Assembly: GCA_016793885.1 (NCBI GenBank)
Contig: JAEUHE010000016.1
Location: 2,984-66,983, forward strand
DNA length: 64,000 bases
Origin: Verrucomicrobiales bacterium
Lineage (GTDB): Bacteria > Verrucomicrobiota > Verrucomicrobiia > Limisphaerales > UBA11320
Direction: 5' to 3'
Made by a program: the position numbers and the translations under genes. Under the pieces are notes generated by a model. The model did no database searches and was not told the origin of the DNA. It saw nothing but the letters and a program-made list of their open reading frames with translations. Within the stretch, counting starts at the first letter, position 1, and each line of letters opens with the position of its first letter. This document shows, one piece after another, positions 1-9,800 of the stretch.

Positions 1-1718
1 GTTCTCCCGGTTCCACGCCGGAGGACGAGAGTTCGGTCGGCAGCACTTCCCGGGAAAGATTCCAACGAGCCATCAGCCCAGATGACTTCCATCGATTCGA
101 CCGAAGCCACCGCACCAAGTCCGAAATGCAGGGTCGGTTCGTGACTTGAGAAATAGCCGGTGGCGGGCTGAAGCACTTGGATCCATGAGCCCTGCGAGCA
201 TCGGATCGAAACCTCCGCCCCGATGGCATCGCGTGAGCCGGAATTGGGCTCCAGCAGGCGCAGCCTGAGCCAATGTCCGGTGGGAGGCTTGATGCCCCGA
301 TAGATGCGCACCGGCCCTCCGACCGGGCTGACTATCAGATCCATCGCTCCATCCTGGTTCAGGTCCGCACTGGCCAAGGAACGTCCCACCATCGCCTGGC
401 CACAGAACGACGGATGCTCTGAAGATCGATCCGCGAAGCTGCCTCGCCCGAGGTTCATGAAAAGCTGAGGTCTCTGGGCATACCGCCCCCAGAAGGCGGC
501 GGTTCCTGATTGGAGGGGTGTTTGTCCGGGTAGGCTGTGTCGCACCAGGCCGTTCACCAAAGCGAGATCAAGATCACCATCCCAATCAAAGTCGGCCGCT
601 ACGGTTCCGAATCCTGTCCCGCGCCAGGCCTGCTGCTGGAGCCCGGTCGTGGCCAGTCGCTCGGCATACAGCCCGCGAGTCTCCTGACGCCAGAGCCCAT
701 GAAGCTCGTCGCTGAGATGGGTGACGAAGAGATCCGCCAGCCCGTCGCGATCGAAGTCTCCGTAGGCAGTGCCCATGTTCGCGGCGGTTTGGCCCATGGC
801 GTTGAGTGCCAGCCCGCGAGGAACCGCCTCTTCTAGGAAAGTGCCGTCGCGTCGATTGATGAACAGGCGATTGGGACGTCCATCGTCCGCACAAAAGATG
901 TCGGGCCAGCGGTCTCCATCGAAGTCCGCGCACACCATTCCCAACGCCGCCCCTCGCGCTCCCAGCAAGCCTGCACGCTCGCTTTCGTCGCTGAACCGAA
1001 TGGGAGCACCGGCTTTGACAGTGGTGTTCCTCCAGAGACGGGTTGGCAGGGGTCCGAAGGAGCTGGGACTGCAGAAGTCCCGTTGTCCCCGCGAGTCGCG
1101 GCACAGCTGGGTGGGATCCAGATCGAGATAGTTTCCGATGACCAGATCCAGGCGTCCATCGCGGTTGTAGTCCATGAGGCTGGCAGTGGCTGCCCAAAAC
1201 GGATTGTCGACTCCGCTCTCCCGGGTGACGTCTTGGAACCGACCCTGCCCCAGATTCTGGAACACTTTGGACCCGAGGTATTCCGCGATGACCAGATCCG
1301 GCAACCCATCATTGTTTAGATCGCCGGCGGCAACTCCCATGGCACGGCTGCGGAGGTCGAGGCCTGATCCCGAGGACACATCCAGGAAGGTTCCGTCGGG
1401 CTGTTGACGATAGAGCTGATGCCGAGCCTCGGAGGCCGTGGTTGCATCGGTGTGCTGCAGGAGAAGGAGATCCATCCGGCCGTCCTGATCGAAGTCGAAC
1501 ACGGCAATCCCACTCCCCATTTGTTCGGGCATGAAGTAGTTGGTGCCGGCACGTTGGATGAAGCGAACTCCGGATTGCTCAGTGATATCCTCGAACCAGG
1601 GACCCGATTCGGGCCGTGACGACCCTGCTCGGAAGCTCCCTGAGTCGGAAGGGGCAGGGCGGCACGCCACCAAAAGGCATGCGAGGGACAGCAAGGAAAT
1701 GGGCAGAGCAGACGCCAT
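1..1718 (-). CDS. CRTAC1/ASPIC-UnbV family FG-GAP repeat lipoprotein (3' end runs off the window)
   Basis: Absent from the ORF track because it has no stop inside the window. My own minus-strand translation from ATG 1718..1716 gives MASALPISLLSLACLLVAC (lipobox-like). It continues with FG-GAP/VCBS motifs (VFDFDQDGRMDLLL, AAGDLNNDGLPDLVI, MDYNRDGRLDLVI, CADFDGDRWPDIF, YGDFDRDGLADLFV, AADFDWDGDLDLAL, SADLNQDGAMDLIV). A UnbV_ASPIC-like end follows (AIGAEVSIRCSQGSWIQVLQPATGYFSSHEPTLHFGLG...VIWADGS). The frame is open down to position 3. Confidence 0.85.
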   Translation of the reverse strand, partial: MASALPISLLSLACLLVACRPAPSDSGSFRAGSSRPESGPWFEDITEQSGVRFIQRAGTNYFMPEQMGSGIAVFDFDQDGRMDLLLLQHTDATTASEARHQLYRQQPDGTFLDVSSGSGLDLRSRAMGVAAGDLNNDGLPDLVIAEYLGSKVFQNLGQGRFQDVTRESGVDNPFWAATASLMDYNRDGRLDLVIGNYLDLDPTQLCRDSRGQRDFCSPSSFGPLPTRLWRNTTVKAGAPIRFSDESERAGLLGARGAALGMVCADFDGDRWPDIFCADDGRPNRLFINRRDGTFLEEAVPRGLALNAMGQTAANMGTAYGDFDRDGLADLFVTHLSDELHGLWRQETRGLYAERLATTGLQQQAWRGTGFGTVAADFDWDGDLDLALVNGLVRHSLPGQTPLQSGTAAFWGRYAQRPQLFMNLGRGSFADRSSEHPSFCGQAMVGRSLASADLNQDGAMDLIVSPVGGPVRIYRGIKPPTGHWLRLRLLEPNSGSRDAIGAEVSIRCSQGSWIQVLQPATGYFSSHEPTLHFGLGAVASVESMEVIWADGSLESFPGSAADRTLVLRRGTGR

Positions 1719-3214
1719 CACGCCCAGCGCCATCCCGGCTTTCGAATCATTTGGAGGCACTGCTTCACGTCCAGACCTGCTTGTGCCATTTGTTCCCATC
1801 CGGCACGACGGGCGTTCCAGAGTTTCGATTCGGCGGGACTCGGTGTGTGCGGCTTGTCATGGGGCACCTGTTGGCCGACCAGCAGAGCGAGATACCCGTC
1901 CATCCCGAACGAATTTGAAGGGTGAAGCAGCTGTGCGCCGGCGACCACGCTGGGGCCGTTCTCCCGATAGAACTGGACCAGGAATTCGGCTCCATGGAGC
2001 TGCGTGTCATGGCGACAGGCCTGCCAGAACGGTGTGTTCAAGCGGGTGTTGAACTTATAATGGATGGCCAGGAAATCGCGGATGTCATCCCAGGCCTGCG
2101 TGTTGTACCGATTGTACAGCTCGATCAGGGTAGGGGACGGTGCGCACTCGCTGTCGATGAGGGAGTCCGCCAGAGTGCTGGCCTCCACGCAGATCACCTG
2201 CAGCGCCGTGGCCTCCAGGGGTTCGACGAACCCGGCCGAATTCCCAACCGCCACGACGTTCTTGACCCAGAGGCGTTGATGGCGTCCGCTGCGAAACCGC
2301 ACCACCCGAGGTGTGTTGGAGACTTTCGGGTTCTTCTGCAGGAATTCCTGGAGCGCCGCCTCGTCGCTGATCGCCCCGGAGGAATACACATAGCCGCGGT
2401 TGATCCAGTTTTCGTGCTCGATCTGCCAACACCAGCCGCAGTCCATTGTCTCGGCTACCGTGTAGGGGCGTATCGGCTCCGTGGTTCGCGACCAACCGCC
2501 GATGACGGCGCGATCGCAGAACAGAGCATCCGTGTAACTCAGCACCGGTTCGCCCAGAGCGCCGCCCAGGAGTTCGGAGCGGAAGCCACTCGCGTCGACA
2601 TAGAGGTCCGCGGTGTAGCGGGTCTGGTCTTGGCCCACCAGCGCGGCGATTCCCTCAGGTCCGGTCTCAGCCCGCACCGTGGCGTCGATCACCTGCACGC
2701 CGAAGTCGCGCGCCCGATTCTCCAGCCACCCGACTAGCTTCTGGTTTTCAATGTGAAAGGCGTGGTTGTTGTGGATCTGCAGGAGGCCATCGGGCCGTCG
2801 CGGGAAAGCCTTGTCCTTGGCCATGAACGTCGAGACCGGCCCGCACCACGGCGACTCCGGGTCAAAGAAGAACCCGTTGTTTCGGGAGAGATCCGGCTGA
2901 CGTTTTTCGAACTCGTAAGCGAACGTGTAATAGAAGCCCTTGGAGGGACCCCACAGAAAGTGGATGCCTAACTTCCAAGTCGGCTCAGCTTCGCTGTAAA
3001 ACTGTTGCGGCTTGAGTTTGAGGTAATCAAAGAAGTGTTTGGGGAATGCGGCGGTGGTGCCTTCACCCACGCCTATTACGCCGATATCCGGGCTCCGGAT
3101 GACCGTTACCTGAAGGTGAGGGAGTTTGCGCTTCAGGGTGAGCGCGGCCATGAAACCAGCACTTCCGCCGCCCAGGATCGCCACACTCTGGATCCGTTGT
3201 TGGGGGGTTGACAT
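1718..3214 (-). CDS. FAD-dependent tryptophan-halogenase-family flavoprotein
   Basis: ORF 1718..3337. Start moved to ATG 3214 (MSTPQQRIQSVAILGGGSAGFMAAL = GxGxxG dinucleotide fold). Also GVIGVGEGT and GWCWQIEH (WxWxI-like), which are typical of the Trp_halogenase family. Its stop overlaps the start of the downstream gene (TGATG). Confidence 0.85.
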   Translation of the reverse strand: MSTPQQRIQSVAILGGGSAGFMAALTLKRKLPHLQVTVIRSPDIGVIGVGEGTTAAFPKHFFDYLKLKPQQFYSEAEPTWKLGIHFLWGPSKGFYYTFAYEFEKRQPDLSRNNGFFFDPESPWCGPVSTFMAKDKAFPRRPDGLLQIHNNHAFHIENQKLVGWLENRARDFGVQVIDATVRAETGPEGIAALVGQDQTRYTADLYVDASGFRSELLGGALGEPVLSYTDALFCDRAVIGGWSRTTEPIRPYTVAETMDCGWCWQIEHENWINRGYVYSSGAISDEAALQEFLQKNPKVSNTPRVVRFRSGRHQRLWVKNVVAVGNSAGFVEPLEATALQVICVEASTLADSLIDSECAPSPTLIELYNRYNTQAWDDIRDFLAIHYKFNTRLNTPFWQACRHDTQLHGAEFLVQFYRENGPSVVAGAQLLHPSNSFGMDGYLALLVGQQVPHDKPHTPSPAESKLWNARRAGWEQMAQAGLDVKQCLQMIRKPGWRWA

Positions 3215-3499
3215 GGGGGTATTCTGGCAAGACCGGATGGCTGTAGCAAGCCTGGCGAGGGTGGTTGGGAAAGTGAGGGTGTAAGACGGATTTAGGGAAC
3301 TCCGCCGAAGACTGTTGAACCTCAAAGGCGAGGACACACGCTGGAGGGCTGGAAGCCCACACCATCGCGGGGAAGCTCGCCGCTCAATTTAAGCTGAATC
3401 CCACCCAGGCCCATCCCCCTGTCTCATCAATCTCCAAACGGACAAATTGACAGTTCAGCTGATTTCGTGTATCACATTCTCGACCCACATCCAACTAGC

Positions 3500-3517
3500 C
3501 AATCAATGAATTGATTG
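3500..3517. promoter_or_regulatory. Perfect 8-2-8 palindrome CAATCAAT-GA-ATTGATTG in a divergent promoter region (candidate operator)
   Basis: Read directly from the sequence. It is AT-rich in a GC-rich intergenic region between the halogenase gene (start 3214, minus) and the LamG gene (start 3660, plus). Confidence 0.3.
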
Positions 3518-3659
3518 ATGACTGGCGGCTTTTAGCTGCGAGGCGTTGTTCTCGTCCGCGCGGTTTTCCGCTGCCTCAGATAGGTCGAAGGTCGATTCGC
3601 CTCGAGTGATGGTCGTTGGATCTGGGAACAGAAAACTGTCAGGTCTTAATCACTGCACT

Positions 3660-6440
3660 ATGAAAAAGTATCGACGTAACTGTCCTCTCCCGCCGTCCCC
3701 CGGCGGGCTTCCTCTGATCACTGCGGCGTTGATCAGTTTAGGATTTGTATCGGCTAGCAGCGCCCAAGTTCAAAACGCTGGAGATCTTCTGGTGAACTTG
3801 GACGCGACCACGTTGGAGGAAGGTTCCCTCAGCACCATCTCCAACACCGGCTCCCTGGGTGGGGTCTTCGAAGCCCGGGGTGGAGAGGGCACCATTCCCA
3901 CGGTCGCCACCGAAGGTGGCACCAAGGGTATCCGCTTCGATGGTTCGGACTTCATGCAGTTGGTCGATGCGGCTGGCGGGACACTGCTTCCTCCTCCCGA
4001 CGGTCTGGTGGGGGTCGATCCCACTCGATCGATTGAGGTGTGGGTGTTGAATCCCGATGTGGCCAACGAAGAGACCATGGTCTCTTGGGGTAAGCGCGGT
4101 GGTCCCGATGGGACGAACGTTTCGTTCGGTTACGGATCTGATTACCGATGGGGTGCCATGGGGCACTGGGGTGGGGATGGTCCTGATCTGGCCTGGGACA
4201 ACAATGGCGGGAATCCGACCCCCAACAAGTGGCATCACTTGGTTTACACCTATGATGGGACCATGAGCCGGGTGTATGTGGACGGTAAGTTCGCGAACTC
4301 GGAGTTTTTGGGGGCCGGGCGCATCAACACGCATGCAGGAACCTCCCTGTGTCTGGCCACTCAGCTTGAAGGCGACGGGGTCACCCAAACCGGCGGTCTC
4401 CGGGGCTCGCTGACTTTGGCCCGGGTGCGTATTCATGACGAGGTGCTCACGCTCAATCAGATCAAGAATAACTACGACGTTGAGAAGGCCGCGTTCGTGG
4501 ATCCGGCACCTGCTGGAACCATAGCCCCGGAACGCCTCTCCGTTGCTCCAGTCAATCGGTATTCCTTCAACGACGCACCCAGTTCGGACGCCTCCAATTC
4601 GGTGATCACTGACTCCATCGGTGAGGACGACGGTGTGGTTTTGGGGTTGGGCACGGAATATACCGGCAGCCGTCTGCGGCTCTCCGGCGGTGGTTCTGGA
4701 GACTCTGGTTATGGGGATTTGCCCAACGGTCTCTTGTCCCGACACGGTGCCGCCAACGGCGGCTCCGGGGAGTTTAGCATCGAGGGCTGGATTCGCCATG
4801 TCGGCAGCCAGACCTGGTCGCGCATTTTCGACTTCGGTTCGACGATTGGCGGTGAGGTGACTGCTCCAGGCGGGGGTGGCGAGGGGCGTGACTATTTGAT
4901 GTATACCCTCCAGAACGGCGATGACGTGAATACGCGCCAAGTCGAATTGCGCAATGAGGATCCGGGTGGTGGCGGAGTGGCCACGGCAGCTCACTCTACG
5001 GCTACTTTCAACACGGATCTTCATTTCGCCGTGACGTGGAATGAGGCCACCGGGCTGATCACGGCGTACGAGAACGGCAGGAGAGTCGCCAGCTTGACGA
5101 CCGACGACCCGATGAGCGACGTTAACGACGTCAACGTGTGGCTCGGCCGCTCGAATTGGACCGCCGATCGCAACGCCCAGGCCGAGTTTGACGAAGTTCG
5201 GATGTATTCCCATGTTCTGACACCGGGCGAGGTGGTTGGGAACTTCTTGGCCGGTCCCGAGGTTCTGAACAACGCGGATACCCCGGCCAGCATCCTGAGC
5301 CATCCTACCAGCCGAACTGTTCCTGATGCCACCGAGGTCACGTTCCGTGTGGCAGCCAGCGGATCGACTCCGATCACCTATCAGTGGTTGCGGAATGGGG
5401 CCGAGATCGCTGGTGCGACCGCTCCGAGCTATACCTTCGTGGCGACTTCGGGTGACAACGGAGCCCAGTATTCCTGCCGCGTTGTCAATATCGTCGCCGG
5501 GAATCCCGTGGCGGTGACCAGCACGCCGGCAACGCTTACGGTTCAAGGCGATGCAATCAGCCTGCGCCATCGGTACAGCTTCAACGAAGAAGCGGGTGCG
5601 ACCGAGACGGTCGACGCTCTCGGCGGTGCCCCAGGGCTTCTGGTGGACGGTGCTTCCATGACTGGAGACGGCCAAGTCACGCTCGATGGTGTCGCCAGCT
5701 ATGTCAACCTCCCCAACGGGATCATCTCCGAGCTTGGCAACGCCACCTTGGAGTTTTGGACCACCTCCACGGCGAACGCCATCTGGTCGCGAGTCTTCGA
5801 CTTCGGTGCCAGTGTCGAAGGTGAGGATCTCCAGGGGACGGGTCAGGAATTCTTGTTCTTCACTCCGAAGATGCCCGCTGGTTTCCCGCGGTTCATCGCC
5901 AACGCGCCCGGTGGCGGCGGTGATACCACCACGATGAACATGCAGGGATCCTTCCCGCTCAACGAGGAGGTTCACTTGGCAGTCACCTACAGCTCGACCG
6001 CCCAGATTGCTCGACTCTATCTGAACGGAGAGTTGATGGCCTCGGCGCTCGCAACCTTCCCGCTCAACACGCTGAGCGACGTGAACAACTGGCTGGGGCG
6101 CTCCCAGTTCCGTGATGCCTACTATGCGGGCAGCTTCAACGAAGTCCGCATCTATGACGGCGCCATGAGCTCGGTTCAGATCGCCGCGAGCTTCGCGGCT
6201 GGCCCCAACGCCACCATCGGTGAGGCTCGGCCTTCCTTGGCCCTGACGACGGGCGCCGGTGGATCGGCCTCTCTCCGCTGGCCTGCCGCCGCAGCCGGTT
6301 ACAAACTGGAATCACGGAGCTCCTTCGCTCCTGGCACGAGCTGGGAAGAAGTCACCACGGCCCCCGTGGTCGACGGAGCTTCCCTGAAACTGGATATCAA
6401 TACCGCCTCCGGCACGAAGTACTATCGGCTGAGCAAGTAA
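3660..6440 (+). CDS. Secreted multi-LamG (Laminin_G_3 / ConA-like) protein with an Ig-like domain
   Basis: ORF 3546..6440 (TTG). ATG 3660 gives MKKYRRNCPLPP...LITAALISLGFVSASSAQ, a signal-like start. There are three LamG-type modules with recurring RYSFN[DE], WLGRS and F[DN]EVR[IM]Y motifs. One Ig-like module is present (ITYQWLRNGAEIAGATAPSYTF). A C-terminal ~70-aa module ends in YYRLSK. A strong terminator follows. Confidence 0.9.
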   Translation: MKKYRRNCPLPPSPGGLPLITAALISLGFVSASSAQVQNAGDLLVNLDATTLEEGSLSTISNTGSLGGVFEARGGEGTIPTVATEGGTKGIRFDGSDFMQLVDAAGGTLLPPPDGLVGVDPTRSIEVWVLNPDVANEETMVSWGKRGGPDGTNVSFGYGSDYRWGAMGHWGGDGPDLAWDNNGGNPTPNKWHHLVYTYDGTMSRVYVDGKFANSEFLGAGRINTHAGTSLCLATQLEGDGVTQTGGLRGSLTLARVRIHDEVLTLNQIKNNYDVEKAAFVDPAPAGTIAPERLSVAPVNRYSFNDAPSSDASNSVITDSIGEDDGVVLGLGTEYTGSRLRLSGGGSGDSGYGDLPNGLLSRHGAANGGSGEFSIEGWIRHVGSQTWSRIFDFGSTIGGEVTAPGGGGEGRDYLMYTLQNGDDVNTRQVELRNEDPGGGGVATAAHSTATFNTDLHFAVTWNEATGLITAYENGRRVASLTTDDPMSDVNDVNVWLGRSNWTADRNAQAEFDEVRMYSHVLTPGEVVGNFLAGPEVLNNADTPASILSHPTSRTVPDATEVTFRVAASGSTPITYQWLRNGAEIAGATAPSYTFVATSGDNGAQYSCRVVNIVAGNPVAVTSTPATLTVQGDAISLRHRYSFNEEAGATETVDALGGAPGLLVDGASMTGDGQVTLDGVASYVNLPNGIISELGNATLEFWTTSTANAIWSRVFDFGASVEGEDLQGTGQEFLFFTPKMPAGFPRFIANAPGGGGDTTTMNMQGSFPLNEEVHLAVTYSSTAQIARLYLNGELMASALATFPLNTLSDVNNWLGRSQFRDAYYAGSFNEVRIYDGAMSSVQIAASFAAGPNATIGEARPSLALTTGAGGSASLRWPAAAAGYKLESRSSFAPGTSWEEVTTAPVVDGASLKLDINTASGTKYYRLSK

Positions 6441-6480
6441 CTCAAACGTCGAGGGGTCCTTCCCGCTCGAGCCTTTCAAA

Positions 6481-6512
6481 CCGCCGCTTTCTCCGGAAGG
6501 CGGCGGTTTTTT
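6481..6512 (+). terminator. Rho-independent terminator of the LamG gene
   Basis: CCGCCGCTT-tctccgg-AAGGCGGCGG followed by TTTTTT, located 40 nt after the stop codon. Confidence 0.8.
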
Positions 6513-6562
6513 AATGAGTAGGATGTGCCCGGACCCGCAGGGCTAAGCCTAAAACCGAGAAT

Positions 6563-6712
6563 GGATTAACCACGGACTTCACGGATGACACGGATTAAGA
6601 AGGCATTGTGACATTCTTGAGCACAAGTTCGCACTCCCTCTGAGGATGATGAGGGTCTTCCTTCCAAGTTTTTGCGGATCCGGTTACTGTCATCCGTTCA
6701 ATCCGTGGTTTC
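6563..6712. repeat. Long imperfect hairpin built from CCACGGA/CACGGAT-type heptads (REP/MITE-like intergenic element)
   Basis: Arm 1 is ggattAACCACGGActtcACGGATGACAcggatt (6563..6599). Arm 2 is ggatccggttacTGTCATCCGTtcaaTCCGTGGTTtcc (6676..6712). Together they give 9-bp and 10-bp stems separated by an internal loop. The motif style matches the hairpin cores of the repeats at 42212..42449 and 48412..48635. Confidence 0.6.
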
Positions 6713-6766
6713 CATTTTCCTTTTACGTTTAAAGCGCTTAGCTGGAGTAACAAGGCGCTATGGACT

Positions 6767-6788
6767 GCGGAGACACGTCTCCGCTTTT
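6767..6788 (+). terminator. Second, weaker terminator-like hairpin (GCGGAGAC-AC-GTCTCCGC + TTTT)
   Basis: Seen directly. It is plus-strand oriented only (T-run 6785..6788), about 270 nt downstream of the first terminator. Confidence 0.4.
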
Positions 6789-6869
6789 CCTGCGGGTAGC
6801 GGAATGGCTGTTGGCGTGACTCTTTAAACGCGCGCGTTGGAGGTATGAGCTGGAGCGACGGAATAGCGG

Positions 6870-9800
6870 TTAGAATCGGGCCGCACCCTGTGCGTCAACT
6901 GTAACCTTGAGCGCCTGATCAGGGACCGTAATCGTATACTCCTTCCCTTGGGGCCATTTGATCCAGAGTCGACGGGCCGTCGGTGCGGGTGAGGCCAAGA
7001 TCTGAACAGCACTATCCTGCGACCAATATCCTGTCCCGGCATGGACTTGTTTGATGGGGCCTTGCCACTGATCCGTTGATAATCGGAGCAGAACACCAAT
7101 TCCCAATGGGTTTGTGACGGGGCCGTTTAAAGAGACTCGAAGTCCTGGTCGGCCCTGTGAGTTGCGGAAGAGCCGCGTTTCACCTCCGTTTTGACCGACC
7201 GCTAGGTCGGGTCGACCGTCCTGATCATAATCACATGCAGCGGCCCCGCGTTGTTCCCCATAGACCATAATTCCACTTTCCACCCCATCGAGTGGGTTGA
7301 AACCACCGCGCCCGTCTCCGAGTAAACACAGTCCACGTCCGGCATCGTAGCGAGGGGTGTCACCGTCGACGGCGAAGAAATTCTGAGCCAGAAACACGTC
7401 TTCGTTTCCGTCGCCATTGAAGTCTGCCACCACCACGCCGAAGGCGGGACTCATCTGCGCTTCGATCGGAAGCGTGCGCGGCTCGAAGTGATCGCCCCGA
7501 TTCAGGAATACGGTGGTTTCGAGCCAGGTGGCTTGGAGCATTCGCGATCCCTGGGTGCGCTCGCCTAGAATGTCGGCAACCCCGGCGCTCGAGAAGGAGG
7601 TGTAAGTAGGATACTGCTCGATCACCCATGGCAGCGACTTCGCGGCCACGAAGGTGCACCAAGGAACCCACTTGCGCAGGCCGACGTCCAAATAGGCTTC
7701 CATCGTGTCCAGTTCCGGCCGATCCGTCCAGGTTCCGAAGTAAATCCTTAACCCGTGCTTCCGGTAGTCCTGGTACTTGCTGTTGGCCCCCCAATTGGAT
7801 CCGATCAGATCCAGGCGACCATCGGCATCGAAGTCTCCACACGACACGCCATTCCAGAATCCGGTCAGCGTGGCAAAGCCGAGTTCTCGGCTCACGTTGC
7901 GCAGTCGGCCGGCCTCATTTTTGAAAACTTTAATCGACCCCCAGTCGCACGCGACCACGAGTTCGGGGAACGAGTCGCCGTCCAGATCGGCGAAGACGGC
8001 ACCGTTCACCAGGCCGACTAGACCCAATCGCCTCGAATTCTCCCGATCCACCTCGAAGCCGGCACCGGTGCCTCGGAATAGCAGTGAGGATGTCGACTCC
8101 GGGTAGCGCCCGGCGAGGACGCGTCCCCCGACGAAGAGGTCCAATAGTCCATCTCCATCCACGTCCGCCAGAGCCAACGGTCCTACGGAGATTTCCCAGG
8201 CGGGGAAGAGGTCCTCCTCTTTCCCGCGCAGCACATCCAGGGTCCGCACGCAGTGGCCGGCCGCCACGCCGTCCTCGTAGTTGGCGCTTCCGGCGAGCAG
8301 GGCAAAACTTCCATCGGCCCGTCTCCAGCCCAGTAGTGAAGTTTGATCGCGATCATTGGTGTGGGTGAGCAGCGAACCGCCAGCTCGAACAAAGCCTCCT
8401 TTGGAGTCGTTTCGATAGAGCGCGGTCTGTCCGCCCGCGCCAGAGCCGATCACCAGATCTTCCCATCCATCTCCATCGAAGTCCACCCAGCTGAGTCCTG
8501 GCCCTCCCTGACTGAGCCGACGTGAGAGCAGGGGTTGTCGTTCGAAATCATCGAACCGGGCGTCCACATGGACGTGTGCAATTGCTGAAGAGATGTCCGT
8601 GAACAGACGGGGAGGATTCGGAGTTGGCTTCGGCGGCGGTGGTACCCCTTGGGGCTCTTCGATCTCGACTAGGGTGTTGGGCAACGCTTCGGTTACCTCG
8701 CTCAGGTGGCCGCTGCGCCAGAGTACCTGGATTCGGAGTCGGTTGGTCATGCTCCCAGCCGCAAACATGCGGACCGTGTCGTCCGACGACAAGTAGCGGC
8801 CGCCTCCGATCATCTCTTGCGATTGGGGCACTGGACCGCCGGTGACCTTAATGCGTGCACCAATGCCCCGCGTGTTGGGCGCGAGCCCTTTAAGTCGCAC
8901 GCTCAAGCGAGGAGCGACGCACTCATTTCGATATACCCCGGCACCATCGTTTAAATGATTGACCAACAAGTCGAGATCTCCGTCGTCATCCAAATCCGCG
9001 AGGCACATCCCATGGCTGATTCCGACGTAGTCAAATCCCCAGTCCCGGGCCTGGTCCACGAAGGTCAGGTTTCCCATGTTGCGAAAGGCCTGGTTGGAAA
9101 GCGCGAGGGTCGGGTAGTGCAGCTTTTTCAAATCCCGATGTTCTGCATCGGAAAGCCGTTTTCCTTTTCTCGCCTCTAAAATCCGGGCTACCGAGTCCTC
9201 GTTGAGGGAGTCCCGGTGGTGTCCCGTGGTGATGAACACATCCTCAAATCCATCCAGGTCAAGATCCAGGAACAGCGGCATCCAGGACCACTCCGTGGCG
9301 CTCAAACCAGCGAAATGCGAGATCTCGGCAAACGTGCCATCACCGCGACCTCGGTAGAGGGTATTTCTTCGATACTGTGGGCGGTTGTCGACCTTGCCCA
9401 CGGGGAGGAACATGGACTGAAGCCCGGCCATCTGGACCTTGCGCCGCTGGTGGTCGCGGCTGAGCATATCCACGACGAAGAAGTCATCATGGCCGTCTCG
9501 GTCGAGATCGGCAAAATCGAGGCCCATGCTAAACCGGCTGGTATTGCGCACCGCCAACGTTGACATTGCCTGGAACTTTCCTGCGCCATCGTTGATCCAG
9601 ATGCGATCAGGCGGAAAGAGGTCGTTGCAGATGTACAAGTCCGGAGCCCTGTCCCCGTTCACATCGCGAAACATCACCGACAACCCGAAATCATAAGGAG
9701 GAAGAGCTAGTTGGTTGCCTTGCTCGTCTCGAAACCTCCCGTCGGTCCACCCCAACGGGCGGAAGTGTCCCTGCCCGTCGTTCAGGTAGAGGACATCCGG

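Noticed and set aside
3738-5975. 745-aa ORF on the minus strand lying entirely inside the LamG gene
   Set aside because: It is Arg/Gly/Pro-rich with no recognisable motifs, and it sits antisense to a CDS with clear domain signatures. Long stop-free antisense frames are expected in GC-rich coding DNA.
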